From contig NC_086108.1 of the NCBI RefSeq assembly GCF_963921235.1, positions 31,002,001 through 31,066,000 of the forward strand: a DNA stretch of 64,000 nucleotides, in the 5' to 3' direction. Below the pieces are notes generated by a model. It searched no databases and was not told where the DNA came from. It saw only the letters and a program-made list of their open reading frames with translations. Shown here in pieces: positions 37,401 to 52,400 of this stretch. Made by a program: the position numbers and the translations under genes. The stretch comes from Mobula hypostoma. Lineage: Eukaryota. Numbering within the stretch: position 1 is the stretch's first letter; each line of letters starts with the position of its first letter.

Positions 37401-40400
37401 CTCCCAGTTTCTCACCTTATCGCCCATCCCGCTCACCTGGTCTCATATATCAACTCCCAGTTTCTCACCTTATCCCCCTTCCCCCTCACGAGCTCTCAAA
37501 TATCAACTCCCGGTTTCTTACCTTATCCCCCATCCCCCTTACCTGCTCTCATATGTCACCTCCCGGTTTCTCACGTTATCCCCCATCCCCCTCACCTCGT
37601 CTCATATATCACTTCACAGTTTCTCACATTATCCCCCATCCCCCTCACCAGGTCTCATATATCACCTCCCAGTTTAACACCTTATCCCCCATCCCCCTCA
37701 CCTCATCTCATATACCACTTCACAGTTTCTCACCTTATCCCTCATCCCCCTAGCCCGGTCTAAAATATCACCTCCCAGTTTCTCACGTTATCCCCCGTCC
37801 CCCTCACCTTGTCTCATATATCACCTCCCAGTTTGTAACCTTATCCCCCATCTCCCTCACCTGTTCTCATATATCACCTCCCAGTTTCTCACTTCATACC
37901 CCATCCCCTTCAACTGGTCTCATAGATCACCTACCAGTTTCTCACGTTAACCCCCATCCCCCTCAAGCGGTCTCAAATATCACCTCCCAGTTTCTCATCA
38001 TACCCACATCCCCTTCACCTGTTCTCATATATCACTTCACAGTTTCACACCTTATCCCCCATCCCCCTCACCCAGTCTCATATATCACCTCCCAGTTTCT
38101 CACCTTATCCCCCATCCCCCTCACCCGGTCTCATATATCACCTCCCAGTTTCTCACCTTATCCCCCAACCCCCTCACCTCGTCTCATATATCACCTCCCA
38201 GTTTCTCACCTTATCCCCCATCCCCCTCACCCGGTCTCATATATCACCTCCCAGTTTCTAACGTTATCCTCCATCCCGCTCACCTGGTCTCATATATCAC
38301 CTCACAGTTTCTCACGTTATCCCCCATACCCCTCACAAGGTCTCATATATCACCTCCCAGTTTCTCACCATATCCCCCATCCCCCTGACCTGGTCTCATA
38401 TATCAACTCCCGGTTTCTTACCTTATCCCCCATCTCCCTCACCTGCTCTCATATATCACCTCCCAGTTTCTCACCTTATCCCCCATCCCCCTCACCTCAT
38501 CTCATATACCACTTCACAGTTGCTCACCTTATCCCTCATCCCCCTAACCCGGTCTAAAATATCACCTGCCAGTTTCTCACGTTATCCCCCGTCCCCCTCA
38601 CCTGGTCTCATATATCACCTCCCAGTTTCTCACTTTATACCCCATCCCCGTCATCTGGTCTCACACATCACCTCCCAGTTTCTCACGTTATCCCCTATCC
38701 CCCTCAAGCGGTCTCAAATGTCACCTCCCAGTTTCTCATCTTACCCACATCCCCTTCACCTGGTCTAATATATCACTTCACAGTTTCACACCTTATCCCC
38801 CATCCCCCTCACCCAGTCTCATATATCACCTCCCAGTTTCTCACCTTATCCCCCATCCCCCTCACCTCGTCTCATATATCACCTCACAGTTTCTCACCTT
38901 ATCCCCCATCCCGCTAACCCGGTCTCATATATCACCTCCCAGTTTCACACATTATCCACCGTCCCCCTCACGTGGTCTCATATATCACCTCCCAGTTTCT
39001 CACCTTATCCCCCATCCCCGTCACCTGTTCTCATATATCACCTCCCAGATTCTCACGTTATCCCCAGTCCCCCTCACCTGATCTCATATATCACCTCCCA
39101 GTTTCTAACCTTATCCCCCATCCCCCGCACATGGTCTCATATATCATCTCCCAGTTTCTCACATTATCGCCCATCCCGCTCACCTGGTCTCATATATCAC
39201 CTCCCAGTTTCTCACCTTATCCCCCAACCCCCTCACCCGGTCTCATATATCACCTCCCAGTTTCAAACGTTATCCTCCATCTCGCTCACCTGGTCTCATA
39301 TATCACCTCCCAGTTTCTCACCATATCTCCCATCCCCCTCACCTGGTCTCATATATCAACTCCCGGATTCTTACCTTATCCCCCATCTCCCTCACCAGCT
39401 CTCATATATCACCTCCCGGTTTCTCACGTTATCCCCCATCTCCCTCACCTGGTCTCATATATCACCTCCCAGTTTCTCACGTTATCCCCCATCCCCCTCA
39501 CAAGGTCTCATATATAACCTCCCAGTTTCTCACCATATCCCCCATCCCCCTCATCTGGTCTCATAGATCACCTCCCAGTTTCTCACGTTATCCCCCATCC
39601 CCCTCAAGCGGTCTCAAATGTCACCTCCCAGTTTCTCATCTTACCCACATCCCCTTCACCTGGTCTCATATATCACTTCACAGTTTCACACCTTATCCCC
39701 CATCCCCCTCACCCGGTCTCATATATCACCTCCTTGTTTCTCACCTTATCCACCATCCCCCTCACCTCGTCTCATATATCACTTCACAGTTTCTCACTTT
39801 ATCCCCCATTCCCCTCACCCGGTCTCATATATCACCTCCCAGTTTCTCACCTTATCCCCCATCCCCCTCACCTCATCTCATATATCACCTCCAAGTTTAT
39901 CACGTTAAACCCCATCCCCCTCACCTGGTCTCATATATCACCTCCCAGTTTCTCACCTTATCCCCCATCCCCCTCACCTGTTCTCATATATCACCTCCCA
40001 GATTCTCACGTTATTCCCAGTCCCCGTCACCTGGTCTCATATATCACCTTCCAGTTTCTAACCTAATCCCCCATCCCCCTCACCTGTTCTCATATATCAC
40101 CTCCCAGTTTCTCACGTTATCCCCCGTCCCCCTCACCTGCTCTCATATATCATCTCCCAGTTTCTCACGTTATCCCCCGTCCCCCTCACCTGGTCTCATA
40201 TATCACATCCAAGTTTCTCAGAATATCGCCCATCCCGCTCACCTGGTCTCATATATCACCTCCCAGTTTCTCACCTTATTCGCCCATCCCCCTCACCTGG
40301 TCTCATATATCACCTCCCAGTTTCTCACGTTATCCCCCATCCCCCTCACCTGGTCTCATATATCACCTCCCAGTTTCCCAACTTATCTCCCATCCCCCTC

Positions 40401-43400
40401 ACCTGGTCTCATATATCACCTCCCGGTTTCTCACGTCATCCCCTATCGCCCTCACCTGGTCTCATATATCACCTCCAAGTTTCTCACCTTATCACCCATC
40501 CCCCTCACCTGGTCTCATATATCACCTCCCATTTCCTCACGTTATCCCCCATCCCCCTCACCTGGTCTCATGTATGAACTCCCAGTTTCTCACCTTATCC
40601 CCCATCCCCCTCACCTGGTCTCAAATATCACCTCCCAGTTTCTCACCTTATCCGCCATCCCCCTCACGCAGTCTCACATATCACCTCCCAGTTTCTCACC
40701 GTACCCCCATCCCCTTCACCTGGTCTCATATATCACTTCACAGCTTCACACCTTATCCCCCATCCCCCTCACCCGGTCTCATATATCACCTCCTAGTTTC
40801 TCACCTTATCCCCCATCCCCCTAACCCAGTCTCATATATCACCTCCCAGTTTCTCAGGTTATCCCTCGTCCCCCTCACCTGGTCTCATATATCACCTCCC
40901 AGTTTCACACCGTATCCCCCATCCCCCTCACCTGGTCTCATATATCACTTCCCAGTTTCTAACGTTATCCTCCATCCCGCTCACCTGGTCTCATATATCA
41001 CCTCCCGGTTTCTCACGTTATCCCCCATCTCCCTCACCTCGTCTCATATATCACTTCACAGTTTCTCACCTTATCCCCCATCCCCCTCACCCGGTCTCAT
41101 ATATCACCTCCCAGTTTCTTACCTTATCCCCCATCCCCCTCACCTCATCTCATATACCACTTCACAGTTGCTCACCTTATCCCTCATCCCCCTAACCCGG
41201 TCTACAATATCACCTGCCAGTTTCTCACGTTATCCCCCGTCCCCCTCACCTGGTCTCATATATCACCTCCCAGTTTCTCACTTTATACCCCATCCCCCTC
41301 ATCTGGTCTCATAGATCACGTCCCAGTTTCTCACGTTATCACCCATCCCCCTCAAGCGGTCTCAAATGTCACCTCCCAGTTTCTCATCTTACCCACATCC
41401 CCTTCACCTGGTCTCATATATCACTTCACAGTTTCACACCTTATCCCCCATCCCCCTCACCCAGTCTCATATATCACCTCCCAGTTTCTCACCTTATCCC
41501 CCATCCCCCTCACCTCGTCTCATATATCACCTCACAGTTTCTCACCTTATCCCCCATCCCGCTAACCCGGTCTCATATATCACCTCCCAGTTTCTCACAT
41601 TATCCACCGTCCCCCTCACGTGGTCTCATATATCACCTCCCAGTTTCTAACCTTATCCCCCATCCCCCGCACCTGGCCTCGTATATCATCTCCCAGTTTC
41701 TCACCTTATCGCCCATCCCGCTCACCTGGTCTCATATATCAACTCCCAGTTTCTCACCTTATCCCCCTTCCCCCTCACGAGCTCTCAAATATCAACTCCC
41801 GGTTTCTTACCTTATCCCCCATCCCCCTTACCTGCTCTCATATGTCACCTCCCGGTTTCTCACGTTATCCCCCATCCCCCTCACCTCGTCTCATATATCA
41901 CTTCACAGTTTCTCACGTTATCCCCCATCCCCCTCACCTCGTCTCATATATCACTTCACAGTTTCTCACATTATCCCCCATCCCCCTCACCAGGTCTCAT
42001 ATATCACCTCCCAGTTTAACACCCTATCCCCCATCCCCCTCACCTCATCTCATATACCACTTCACAGTTTCTCACCTTATCCCTCATCCCCCTAGCCCGG
42101 TCTAAAATATCACCTCCCAGTTTCTCACGTTATCCCCCGTCCCCCTCACCTTGTCTCATATATCACCTCCCTGTTTGTAACCTTATCCCCCATCTCCCTC
42201 ACCTGTTCTCATATATCACCTCCCAGTTTCTCACTTTATACCCCATCCCACTCAACTGGTCTCATAGATCACCTACCAGTTTCTCACGTTAACCCCCATC
42301 CCCCTCAAGCGGTCTCAAATATCACCTCCCAGTTTCTCATCATACCCACATCCCCTTCACCTGGTCTCATATATCACTTCACAGTTTCACACCTTATCCC
42401 CCATCCCCCTTACCCAGTCTCATATATCACCTCCCAGTTTCTCACCTTATCCCCCATCCCCCTCACCTCGTCTCATATATCACCTCACAGTTTCTCACCT
42501 TATCCCCCATCCCGCTAACCCGGTCTCATATATCCCCTCCCAGTTTCTCACATTATCCACCGTCCCCCTCACGTGGTCTCATATATCACCTCCCAGTTTC
42601 TAACCTTATCCCCCATCCCCCGCACCTGGCCTCGTATATCATCTCCCAGTATCTCACCTTATCGTCCATCCCGCTCACCTGGTCTCATATATCAACTCCC
42701 AGTTTCTCACCTTATCCCCCTTCCCCCTCACGAGCTCTCAAATATCAACTCCCGGTTTCTTACCTTATCCCCCATCCCCCTTACCTGCTCTCATATGTCA
42801 CCTCCCGGTTTCTCACGTTATCCCCCATCCCCCTCACCTCGTCTCATATATCACTTCACAGTTTCTCACATTATCCCCCATCCCCCTCACCAGGTCTCAT
42901 ATATCACCTCCCAGTTTAACACCTTATCCCCCATCCCCCTCACCTCATCTCATATACCACTTCACAGTTTCTCACCTTATCCCTCATCCCCCTAACCCGG
43001 TCTAAAATATCACCTCCCAGTTTCTCACGTTATCCCCCGTCCCCCTCACCTTGTCTCATATATCACCTCCCAGTTTGTAACCTTATCCCCCATCTCCCTC
43101 ACCTGTTCTCATATATCACCTCCCAGTTTCTCACTTTATACCCCATCCCCCTCAACTGGTCTCATAGATCAACTCCCAGTTTCTCACGTTAACCCCCATC
43201 CCCCTCAAGCGGTCTCAAATATCACCTCCCAGTTTCTCATCATACCCACATCCCCTTCACCTGGTCTCATATATCACTTCACAGTTTCTCACTTTATCCC
43301 CCATCCCCCTCACCCGGTGTCATATATCACCTCCCAGTTTCTCACCTTCTCCCCCATTCCCCTCACCCAGTCTCATATATAACCTCCCACTTTTCTCATC

Positions 43401-46400
43401 TTATCCCCCATCCCCCTCACCTGGTCTCATATATCACCTCCCAGTTTCTCACGTTATCCTCCATCCCCCTCACCTGGTCTCATATATCACCTCCCAGTTT
43501 CTCAACTTATCACCCATCCCCCTCACCTGGTCTCATATATCACCTCCCATTTCCTCACGTTATCCCCCATCCCCCTCACCTGGTGTCATGTATAACCTCC
43601 CAGTTTCTCACCTTATCCCCCATCCCCCTCACCTGGTCTCATATATCACCTCTCGGTTTCTCACCTTATCCCCCATCACCCTCACCTGGTCTCATAGATC
43701 ACATCCCAGTTTCTCACCTTACCCCCATCCCCCTTACCTCGTCTCATATATCACTTCACAGTTTCTCACCTTATCCCCCATCCCCCTAACCCGGTCTCAT
43801 ATATCACCTACCAGTTTCTCAGGTTATCCCCCGTCCCCCTCACCTGGTCTCATATATCACCTCCCAGTTTCTCACGTTATCCTCCATCCCCCTCACCTGG
43901 TCTCATATATCACCTCCCCGTTACTCACGTTATCCCCCATCCCCCTCACCTGGTCTCATAGATCACCTCCCAGTTTCTCACGTTATCCCCCAGCCCCCTG
44001 ACCCGGTTTCATATATCACCTCCCAGTTTCTCACCTTATTCCCCCATCCCCCTAACCTAGTCTCATATATCACCACCCAGTTTCTCACGTTATCCCCCGT
44101 CCACCTCACTTGGTCTCATATATCAACTCCAAGTTTCACACCATATCCCCCAGCCCCCTCACCTCGTCTCATATATCACTTCACAGTTTCTCACCTTATC
44201 CCCCATCCCCCTCACCTCATCTCATATACCACTTCACAGTTGCTCACCTTATCCCTCATCCCCCTAACCCGGTCTAAAATATCACCTGCCAGTTTCTCAC
44301 GTTATCCCCCATCCCCCTCACCTAGTCTCATATATCACCTCCCCGTTTCTCACGTTATCCCCCATCCCCCTCACCTGGTCTCATAGATCACCTCCCAGTT
44401 TCTCACGTTATCCCCCATCCCCCTGACCCGGTTTCATATATCACCTCCCAGTTTCTCACCTTATTCCCCCATCCCCCTAACCCAGTCTCATATATCACCT
44501 CCCAGTTTCTCAGGTTATCCCTCGTCCCCCTCAACTGGTCTCATATATCACCTCCCAGTTTCACACCGTATCCCCCATCCCCCTCACCTGGTCTCATATA
44601 TCACTTCCCAGTTTCTAACGTTATCCTCCATCCCGCTCACCTGGTCTCATATATCACCTCCCGGTTTCTCACGTTATCCCCCATCTCCCTCACCTCGTCT
44701 CATATATCACTTCACAGTTTCTCACCTTATCCCCCATCCCCCTCACCCGGTCTCATATATTACCTCCCAGTTTCTTACCTTATCCCCCAGCCCCCTCACC
44801 TCATCTCATATACCACTTCACAGTTGCTCACCTTATCCCTCATCCCCCTAACCCGGTCTAAAATATCACCTGCCAGTTTCTCACGTTATCCCCCGTCCCC
44901 CTCACCTGGTCTCATATATCACCTCCCAGTTTCTCACTTTATACCCCATCCCCCTCATCTGGTCTCATAGATCACCTCCCAGTTTCTCACGTTATCACCC
45001 ATCCCCCTCAAGCGGTCTCAAATGTCACCTCCCAGTTTCTCATCTTACCCACATCCCCTTCACCTGGTCTCATATATCACTTCACAGTTTCACACCTTAT
45101 CCCCCATCCCCCTCACCCAGTCTCATATATCACCTCCCAGTTTCTCACCTTATCCTCCATCCCCCTCACCTCGTCTCATATATCACCTCACAGTTTCTCA
45201 CCTTATCCCCCATCCCGCAAACCCGGTCTCATATATCACCTCCCAGTTTCTCACATTATCCACCGTCCCCCTCACGTGGTCTCATATATCACCTCCCAGT
45301 TTCTAACCTTATCCCCCATCCCCCGCACCTGGCCTCGTATATCATCTCCCAGTTTCTCACCTTATCGCCCATCCCGCTCACCTGGTCTCATATATCAACT
45401 CCCAGTTTCTCACCTTATCCCCCTTCCCCCTCACGAGCTCTCAAATATCAACTCCCGGTTTCTTACCTTATCCCCCATCCCCCTTACCTGCTCTCATATG
45501 TCACCTCCCGGTTTCTCACGTTATCCCCCATCCCCCTCACCTCGTCTCATATATCACTTCACAGTTTCTCACATTATCCCCCATCCCCCTCACCAGGTCT
45601 CATATATCACCTCCCAGTTTAACACCTTATCCCCCATCCCCCTCACCTCATCTCATATACCACTTCACAGTTTCTCACCTTATCCCTCATCCCCCTAGCC
45701 CGGTCAAAAATATCACCTCCCAGTTTCTCACGTTATCCCCCGTCCCCCTCACCTTGTCTCATATATCACCTCCCAGTTTGTAACCTTATCCCACATCTCC
45801 CTCACCTGTTCTCATATATCACCTCCCAGTTTCTCACTTTATACCCCATCCCCCTCAACTGGTCTCATAGATCACCTCCCAGTTTCTCACGTTAACCCCC
45901 ATCCCCCTCAAGCGGTCTCAAATATCACCTCCCAGTTTCTCATCATACCCACATCCCCTTCACCTGGTCTCATATATCACTTCACAGTTTCACACCTTAT
46001 CCCCCATCCCCCTCACCCAGTCTCATATATCACCTCCCAGTTTCTCACCTTATCCCCCATCCCGCTAACCCGGTCTCATATATCAACTCCCAGTTTCTCA
46101 CATTATCCACCGTCCCCCTCACGTGGTCTCATATATCACCTCCCAGTTTCTAACCTTATCCCCCATCCCCCGCACCTGGCCTCGTATATCATCTCCCAGT
46201 TTCTCACCTTATCGTCCATCCCGCTCACCTGGTCTCATATATCAACTCCCAGTTTCTCACATTATCCCCCTTCCCCCTCACGAGCTCTCAAATATCAACT
46301 CCCGGTTTCTTACCTTATCCCCCATCCCCCTTACCTGCTCTCATATGTCACCTCCCGGTTTCTCACGTTATCCCCCATCCCCCTCACCTCGTCTCATATA

Positions 46401-49400
46401 TCACTTCACAGTTTCTCACATTCTCCCCCATCCCCCTCACCAGGTCTCATATATCACCTCCCAGTTTAACACCTTATCCCCCATCCCCCTCACCTCATCT
46501 CATATACCACTTCACAGTTTCTCACCTTATCCCTCATCCCCCTAACCCGGTCTAAAATATCACCTCTCAGTTTCTCACGTTATCCCCCGTCCCCCTCACC
46601 TTGTCTCATATATCACCTCCCAGTTTGTAACCTTATCCCCCATCTCCCTCACCTGTTCTCATATATCACCTCCCAGTTTCTCACTTTATACCCCATCCCC
46701 CTCAACTGGTCTCATAGATCACCTCCCAGTTTCTCACGTTAACCCCCATCCCCCTCAAGCGGTCTCAAATATCACCTCCCAGTTTCTCATCATACCCACA
46801 TCCCCTTCACCTGGTCTCATATATCACTTCACAGTTTCTCACTTTATCCCCCATCCCCCTCAGCCGGTCTCATATATCACCTCCCAGTTTCTCACCTTCT
46901 CCCCCATTCCCCTCACCCAGTCTCATATATAACCTCCCACTTTTCTCATCTTATCCCCCATCCCCCTCACCTGGTCTCATATATCACCTCCCAGTTTCTC
47001 ACGTTATCCTCCATCCCCCTCACCTGGTCTCATATATCACATCCCAGTTTCTCAACTTATCACCCATCCCCCTCACCTGGTCTCATATATCACCTCCCAT
47101 TTCCTCACGTTATCCCCCATCCCCCTCACCTGGTGTCATGTATAACCTCCCAGTTTCTCACCTTATCCCCCATCCCCCTCACCTGGTCTCATATATCACC
47201 TCTCGGTTTCTCACCTTATCCCCCATCACCCTCACCTGGTCTCATAGATCACATCCCAGTTTCTCACCTTACCCCCATCCCCTTCACCTGGTCTCATATA
47301 TCACTTCACAGCTTCACACCTTATCCCCCATCCCCCTCACCCGGTCTCATATATCACCTCCTAGTTTCTCACCTTATCCACCATCCCCCTCACCTCGTCT
47401 CATATATCACTTCACAGTTTCTCACCTTATCCCTCATCCCCCTAACCCGGTCTAAAATATCACCTGCCAGTTTCTCACGTTATCCCCCATACCCCTCACC
47501 TAGTCTCATATATCACCTCCCCGTTTCTCACGTTATCCCCCATCCCCCTCACCTGGTCTCATAGATCACCTCCCAGTTTCTCACGTTATCCCCCATCCCC
47601 CTGACCCGGTTTCATATATCACCTCCCAGTTTCTCACCTTATTCCCCCATCCCCCTAACCTAGTCTCATATATCACCACCCAGTTTCTCACGTTATCCCC
47701 CGTCCATCTCACCTGGTCTCATATATCAACTCCCAGTTTCACACCATATCCCCCAGCCCCCTCACCTCGTCTCATATATCACCTCCCAGTTTCTCACTTT
47801 ATACCCCATCCCCCTCAACTGGTCTCATAGATCACCTCCCAGTTTCTCACGTTAACCCCCATCCCCCTCAAGCGGTCTCAAATATCACCTCCCAGTTTCT
47901 CATCATACCCACATCCCCTTCACCTGGTCTCATATATCACTTCACAGTTTCACACCTTATCCCCCATCCCCCTCACCCAGTCTCATATATCACCTCCCAG
48001 TTTCTCACCTTATCCCCCATCCCCCTCACCTCGTCTCATATATCACCTCACAGTTTCTCACCTTATCCCCCATCCCGCTAACCCGGTCTCATATATCACC
48101 TCCCAGTTTCTCACATTATCCACCGTCCCCCTCACGTGGTCTCATATATCACCTCCCAGTTTCTAACCTTATCCCCCATCCCCCGCACCTGGCCTCGTAT
48201 ATCATCTCCCAGTTTCTCACCTTATCGTCCATCCCGCTCACCTGGTCTCATATATCAACTCCCAGTTTCTCACCTTATCCCCCTTCCCCCTCACGAGCTC
48301 TCAAATATCAACTCCCGTTTTCTTACCTTATCCCCCATCCCCCTTACCTGCTCTCATATGTCACCTCCCGGTTTCTCACGTTATCCCCCATCCCCCTCAC
48401 CTCGTCTCATATATCACTTCACAGTTTCTCACATTATCCCCCATCCCCCTCACCAGGTCTCATATATCACCTCCCAGTTTAACACCTTATCCCCCATCCC
48501 CCTCACCTCATCTCATATACCACTTCACAGTTTCTCACCTTATCCCTCATCCCCCTAACCCGGTCTAAAATATCACCTCCCAGTTTCTCACGTTATCCCC
48601 CGTCCCCCTCACCTTGTCTCATATATCACCTCCCAGTTTGTAACCTTATCCCCCATCTCCCTCACCTGTTCTCATATATCACCTCCCAGTTTCTCACTTT
48701 ATACCCCATCCCCCTCAACTGGTCTCATAGATCACTTCCCAGTTTCTAACGTTATCCTCCATCCCGCTCACCTGGTCTCATATATCACCTCCCGGTTTCT
48801 CACGTTATCTCCCATCTCCCTCACCTCGTCTCATATATCACTTCACAGTTTCTCACCTTATCCCCCATCCCCCTCACCCGGTCTCATATATCACCTCCCA
48901 GTTTCTTACCTTATCCCCCATCCCCCTCACCTCATCTCATATACCACTTCACAGTTGCTCACCTTATCCCTCATCCCCCTAACCCGGTCTAAAATATCAC
49001 CTGCCAGTTTCTCACGTTATCCCCCGTCCCCCTCACCTGGTCTCATATATCACCTCCCAGTTTCTCACTTTATACCCCATCCCCCTCATCTGGTCTCATA
49101 GATCACCTCCCAGTTTCTCACGTTATCACCCATCCCCCTCAAGCGGTCTCAAATGTCACCTCCCAGTTTCTCATCTTACCCACATCCCCTTCACCTGGTC
49201 TCATATATCACTTCACAGTTTCACACCTTATCCCCCATCCCCCTCACCCAGTCTCATATATCACCTCCCAGTTTCTCACCTTATCCCCCATCCCCCTCAC
49301 CTCGTCTCATATATCACCTCACAGTTTCTCACCTTATCCCCCATCCCGCTAACCCGGTCTCATATATCACCTCCCAGTTTCTCACATTATCCACCGTCCC

Positions 49401-52400
49401 CCTCACGTGGTCTCATATATCACCTCCCAGTTTCTAACCTTATCCCCCATCCCCCGCACCTGGCCTCGTATATCATCTCCCAGTTTCTCACCTTATCGCC
49501 CATCCCGCTCACCTCGTCTCATATATCAACTCCCAGTTTCTCACCTTATCCCCCTTCCCCCTCACGAGCTCTCAAATATCAACTCCCGGTTTCTTACCTT
49601 ATCCCCCATCCCCCTTACCTGCTCTCATATGTCACCTCCCGGTTTCTCACGTTATCCCCCATCCCCCTCACCAGGTCTCTTATATCACCTCCCAGTTTAA
49701 CACCTTATCCCCCATCCCCCTCACCTCATCTCATATACCACTTCACAGTTTCTCACCTTATCCCTCATCCCCCTAGCCCGGTCTAAAATATCACCTCCCA
49801 GTTTCTCACGTTATCCCCCGTCCCCCTCACCTTGTCTCATATATCACCTCCCAGTTTGTAACCTTATCCCCCATCTCCCTCACCTGTTCTCATATATCAC
49901 CTCCCAGTTTCTCACTTTATACCCCATCCCCCTCAACTGGTCTCATAGATCACCTCCCAGTTTCTCACGTTAACCCCCATCCCCCTCAAGCGGTCTCAAA
50001 TATCACCTCCCAGTTTCTCATCATACCCACATCCCCTTCACCTGGTCTCATATATCACTTCACAGTTTCTCACTTTATCCCCCATCCCCCTCACCCGGTC
50101 TCATATATCACCTCCCAGTTTCTCACCTTCTCCCCCATTCCCCTCACCCAGTCTCATATATAACCTCCCACTTTTCTCATCTTATCCCCCATCCCCCTCA
50201 CCTGGTCTCATATATCACCTCCCAGTTTCTCACGTTATCCTCCATCCCCCTCACCTGGTCTCATATATCACCTCCCAGTTTCTCAACTTATCACCCATCC
50301 CCCTCACCTGGTCTCATATATCACCTCCCATTTCCTCACGTTATCCCCCATCCCCCTCACCTGGTGTCATGTATAACCTCCCAGTTTCTCACCTTATCCC
50401 CCATCCCCCTCACCTGGTCTCATATATCACCTCTCCGTTTCTCACCTTATCCCCCATCACCCTCACCTGGTCTCATAGATCACATCCCAGTTTCTCACCT
50501 TACCCCCATCCCCTTCACCTGGTCTCATATATCACTTCACAGCTTCACACCTTATCCCCCATCCCCCTCACCCGGTCTCATATATCACCTCCTAGTTTCT
50601 CACCTTATCCACCATCCCCCTCACCTCGTCTCATATATCACTTCACAGTTTCTCACCTTATCCCCCATCCCCCTAACCCGGTCTCATATATCACCTACCA
50701 GTTTCTCAGGTTATCCCCCGTCCCCCTCACCTGGTCTCATATATCACCTCCCAGTTTCTCACGTTATCCTCCATCCCCCTCACCTGGTCTCATATATCAC
50801 CTCCCCGTTACTCACGTTATCCCCCAACCCCCTCACCTGGTCTCATAGATCACCTCCCAGTTCCTCACGTTATCCCCCAGCCCCCTGACCCGGTTTCATA
50901 TATCACCTCCCAGTTTCTCACCTTATTCCCCCATCCCCCTAACCTAGTCTCATATATCACCACCCAGTTTCTCAAGTTATCCCCCGTCCACCTCACCTAG
51001 TCTCATATATCAACTCCCAGTTTCACACCATATCCCCCAGCCCCCTCACCTCGTCTCATAAATCACTTCACAGTTTCTCACCTTATCCCCCATCCCCCTC
51101 ACCTCATCTCGTATACCACTTCACAGTTGCTCACCTTATCCCTCATCCCCCTAACCCGGTCTAAAATATCACCTGCCAGTTTCTCACGTTATCCCCCATC
51201 CCCCTCACCTAGTCTCATATATCACCTCCCCGTTTCTCACGTTATCCCCCATCCCCCTCACCTGGTCTCATAGATCACCTCCCAGTTTCTCACGTTATCC
51301 CCCATCCCCCTGACCCGGTTTCATATATCACCTCCCAGTTTCTCACCTTATTCCCCCATCCCCCTAACCCAGTCTCATATATCACCTCCCAGTTTCTCAG
51401 GTTATCCCTCGTCCCCCTCATCTGGTCTCATATATCACCTCCCAGTTTCACACCGTATCCCCCATCCCCCTCACCTGGTCTCATATATCACTTCCCAGTT
51501 TCTAACGTTATCCTCCATCCCGCTCACCTGGTCTCATATATCACCTCCCGGTTTCTCACGTTATCCCCCATCTCCCTCACCTCGTCTCATATATCACTTC
51601 ACAGTTTCTCACCTTATCCCCCATCCCCCTCACCCGGTCTCATATATCACCTCCCAGTTTCTTACCTTATCCCCCATCCCCCTCACCTCATCTCATATAC
51701 CACTTCACAGTTGCTCACCTTATCCCTCATCCCCCTAACCCGGTCTAAAATATCACCTGCCAGTTTCTCACGTTATCCCCCGTCCCCCTCACCTGGTCTC
51801 ATATATCACCTCCCAGTGTCTCACTTTATACCCCATCCCCCTCATCTGGTCTCATAGATCACCTCCCAGTTTCTCACGTTATCACCCATCCCCCTCAAGC
51901 GGTCTCAAATGTCACCTCCCAGTTTCTCATCTTACCCACATCCCCTTCACCTGGTCTCATATATCACTTCACAGTTTCACACCTTATCCCCCATCGCCCT
52001 CACCCAGTCTCATATATCACCTCCCAGTTTCTCACCTTATCCCCCATCCCCCTCACCTCGTCTCATATATCACCTCACAGTTTCTCACCTTATCCCCCAT
52101 CCCGCTAACCCGGTCTCATATATCACCTCCCAGTTTCTCACATTATCCACCGTCCCCCTCACGTGGTCTCATATATCACCTCCCAGTTTCTAACCTTATC
52201 CCCCATCCCCCGCACCTGGCCTCGTATATCATCTCCCAGTTTCTCACCTTATCGCCCATCCCGCTCACCTGGTCTCATATATCAACTCCCAGTTTCTCAC
52301 CTTATCCCCCTTCCCCCTCACGAGCTCTCAAACATCAACTCCCGGTTTCTTACCTTATCCCCCATCCCCCTTACCTGCTCTCATATGTCACCTCCCGGTT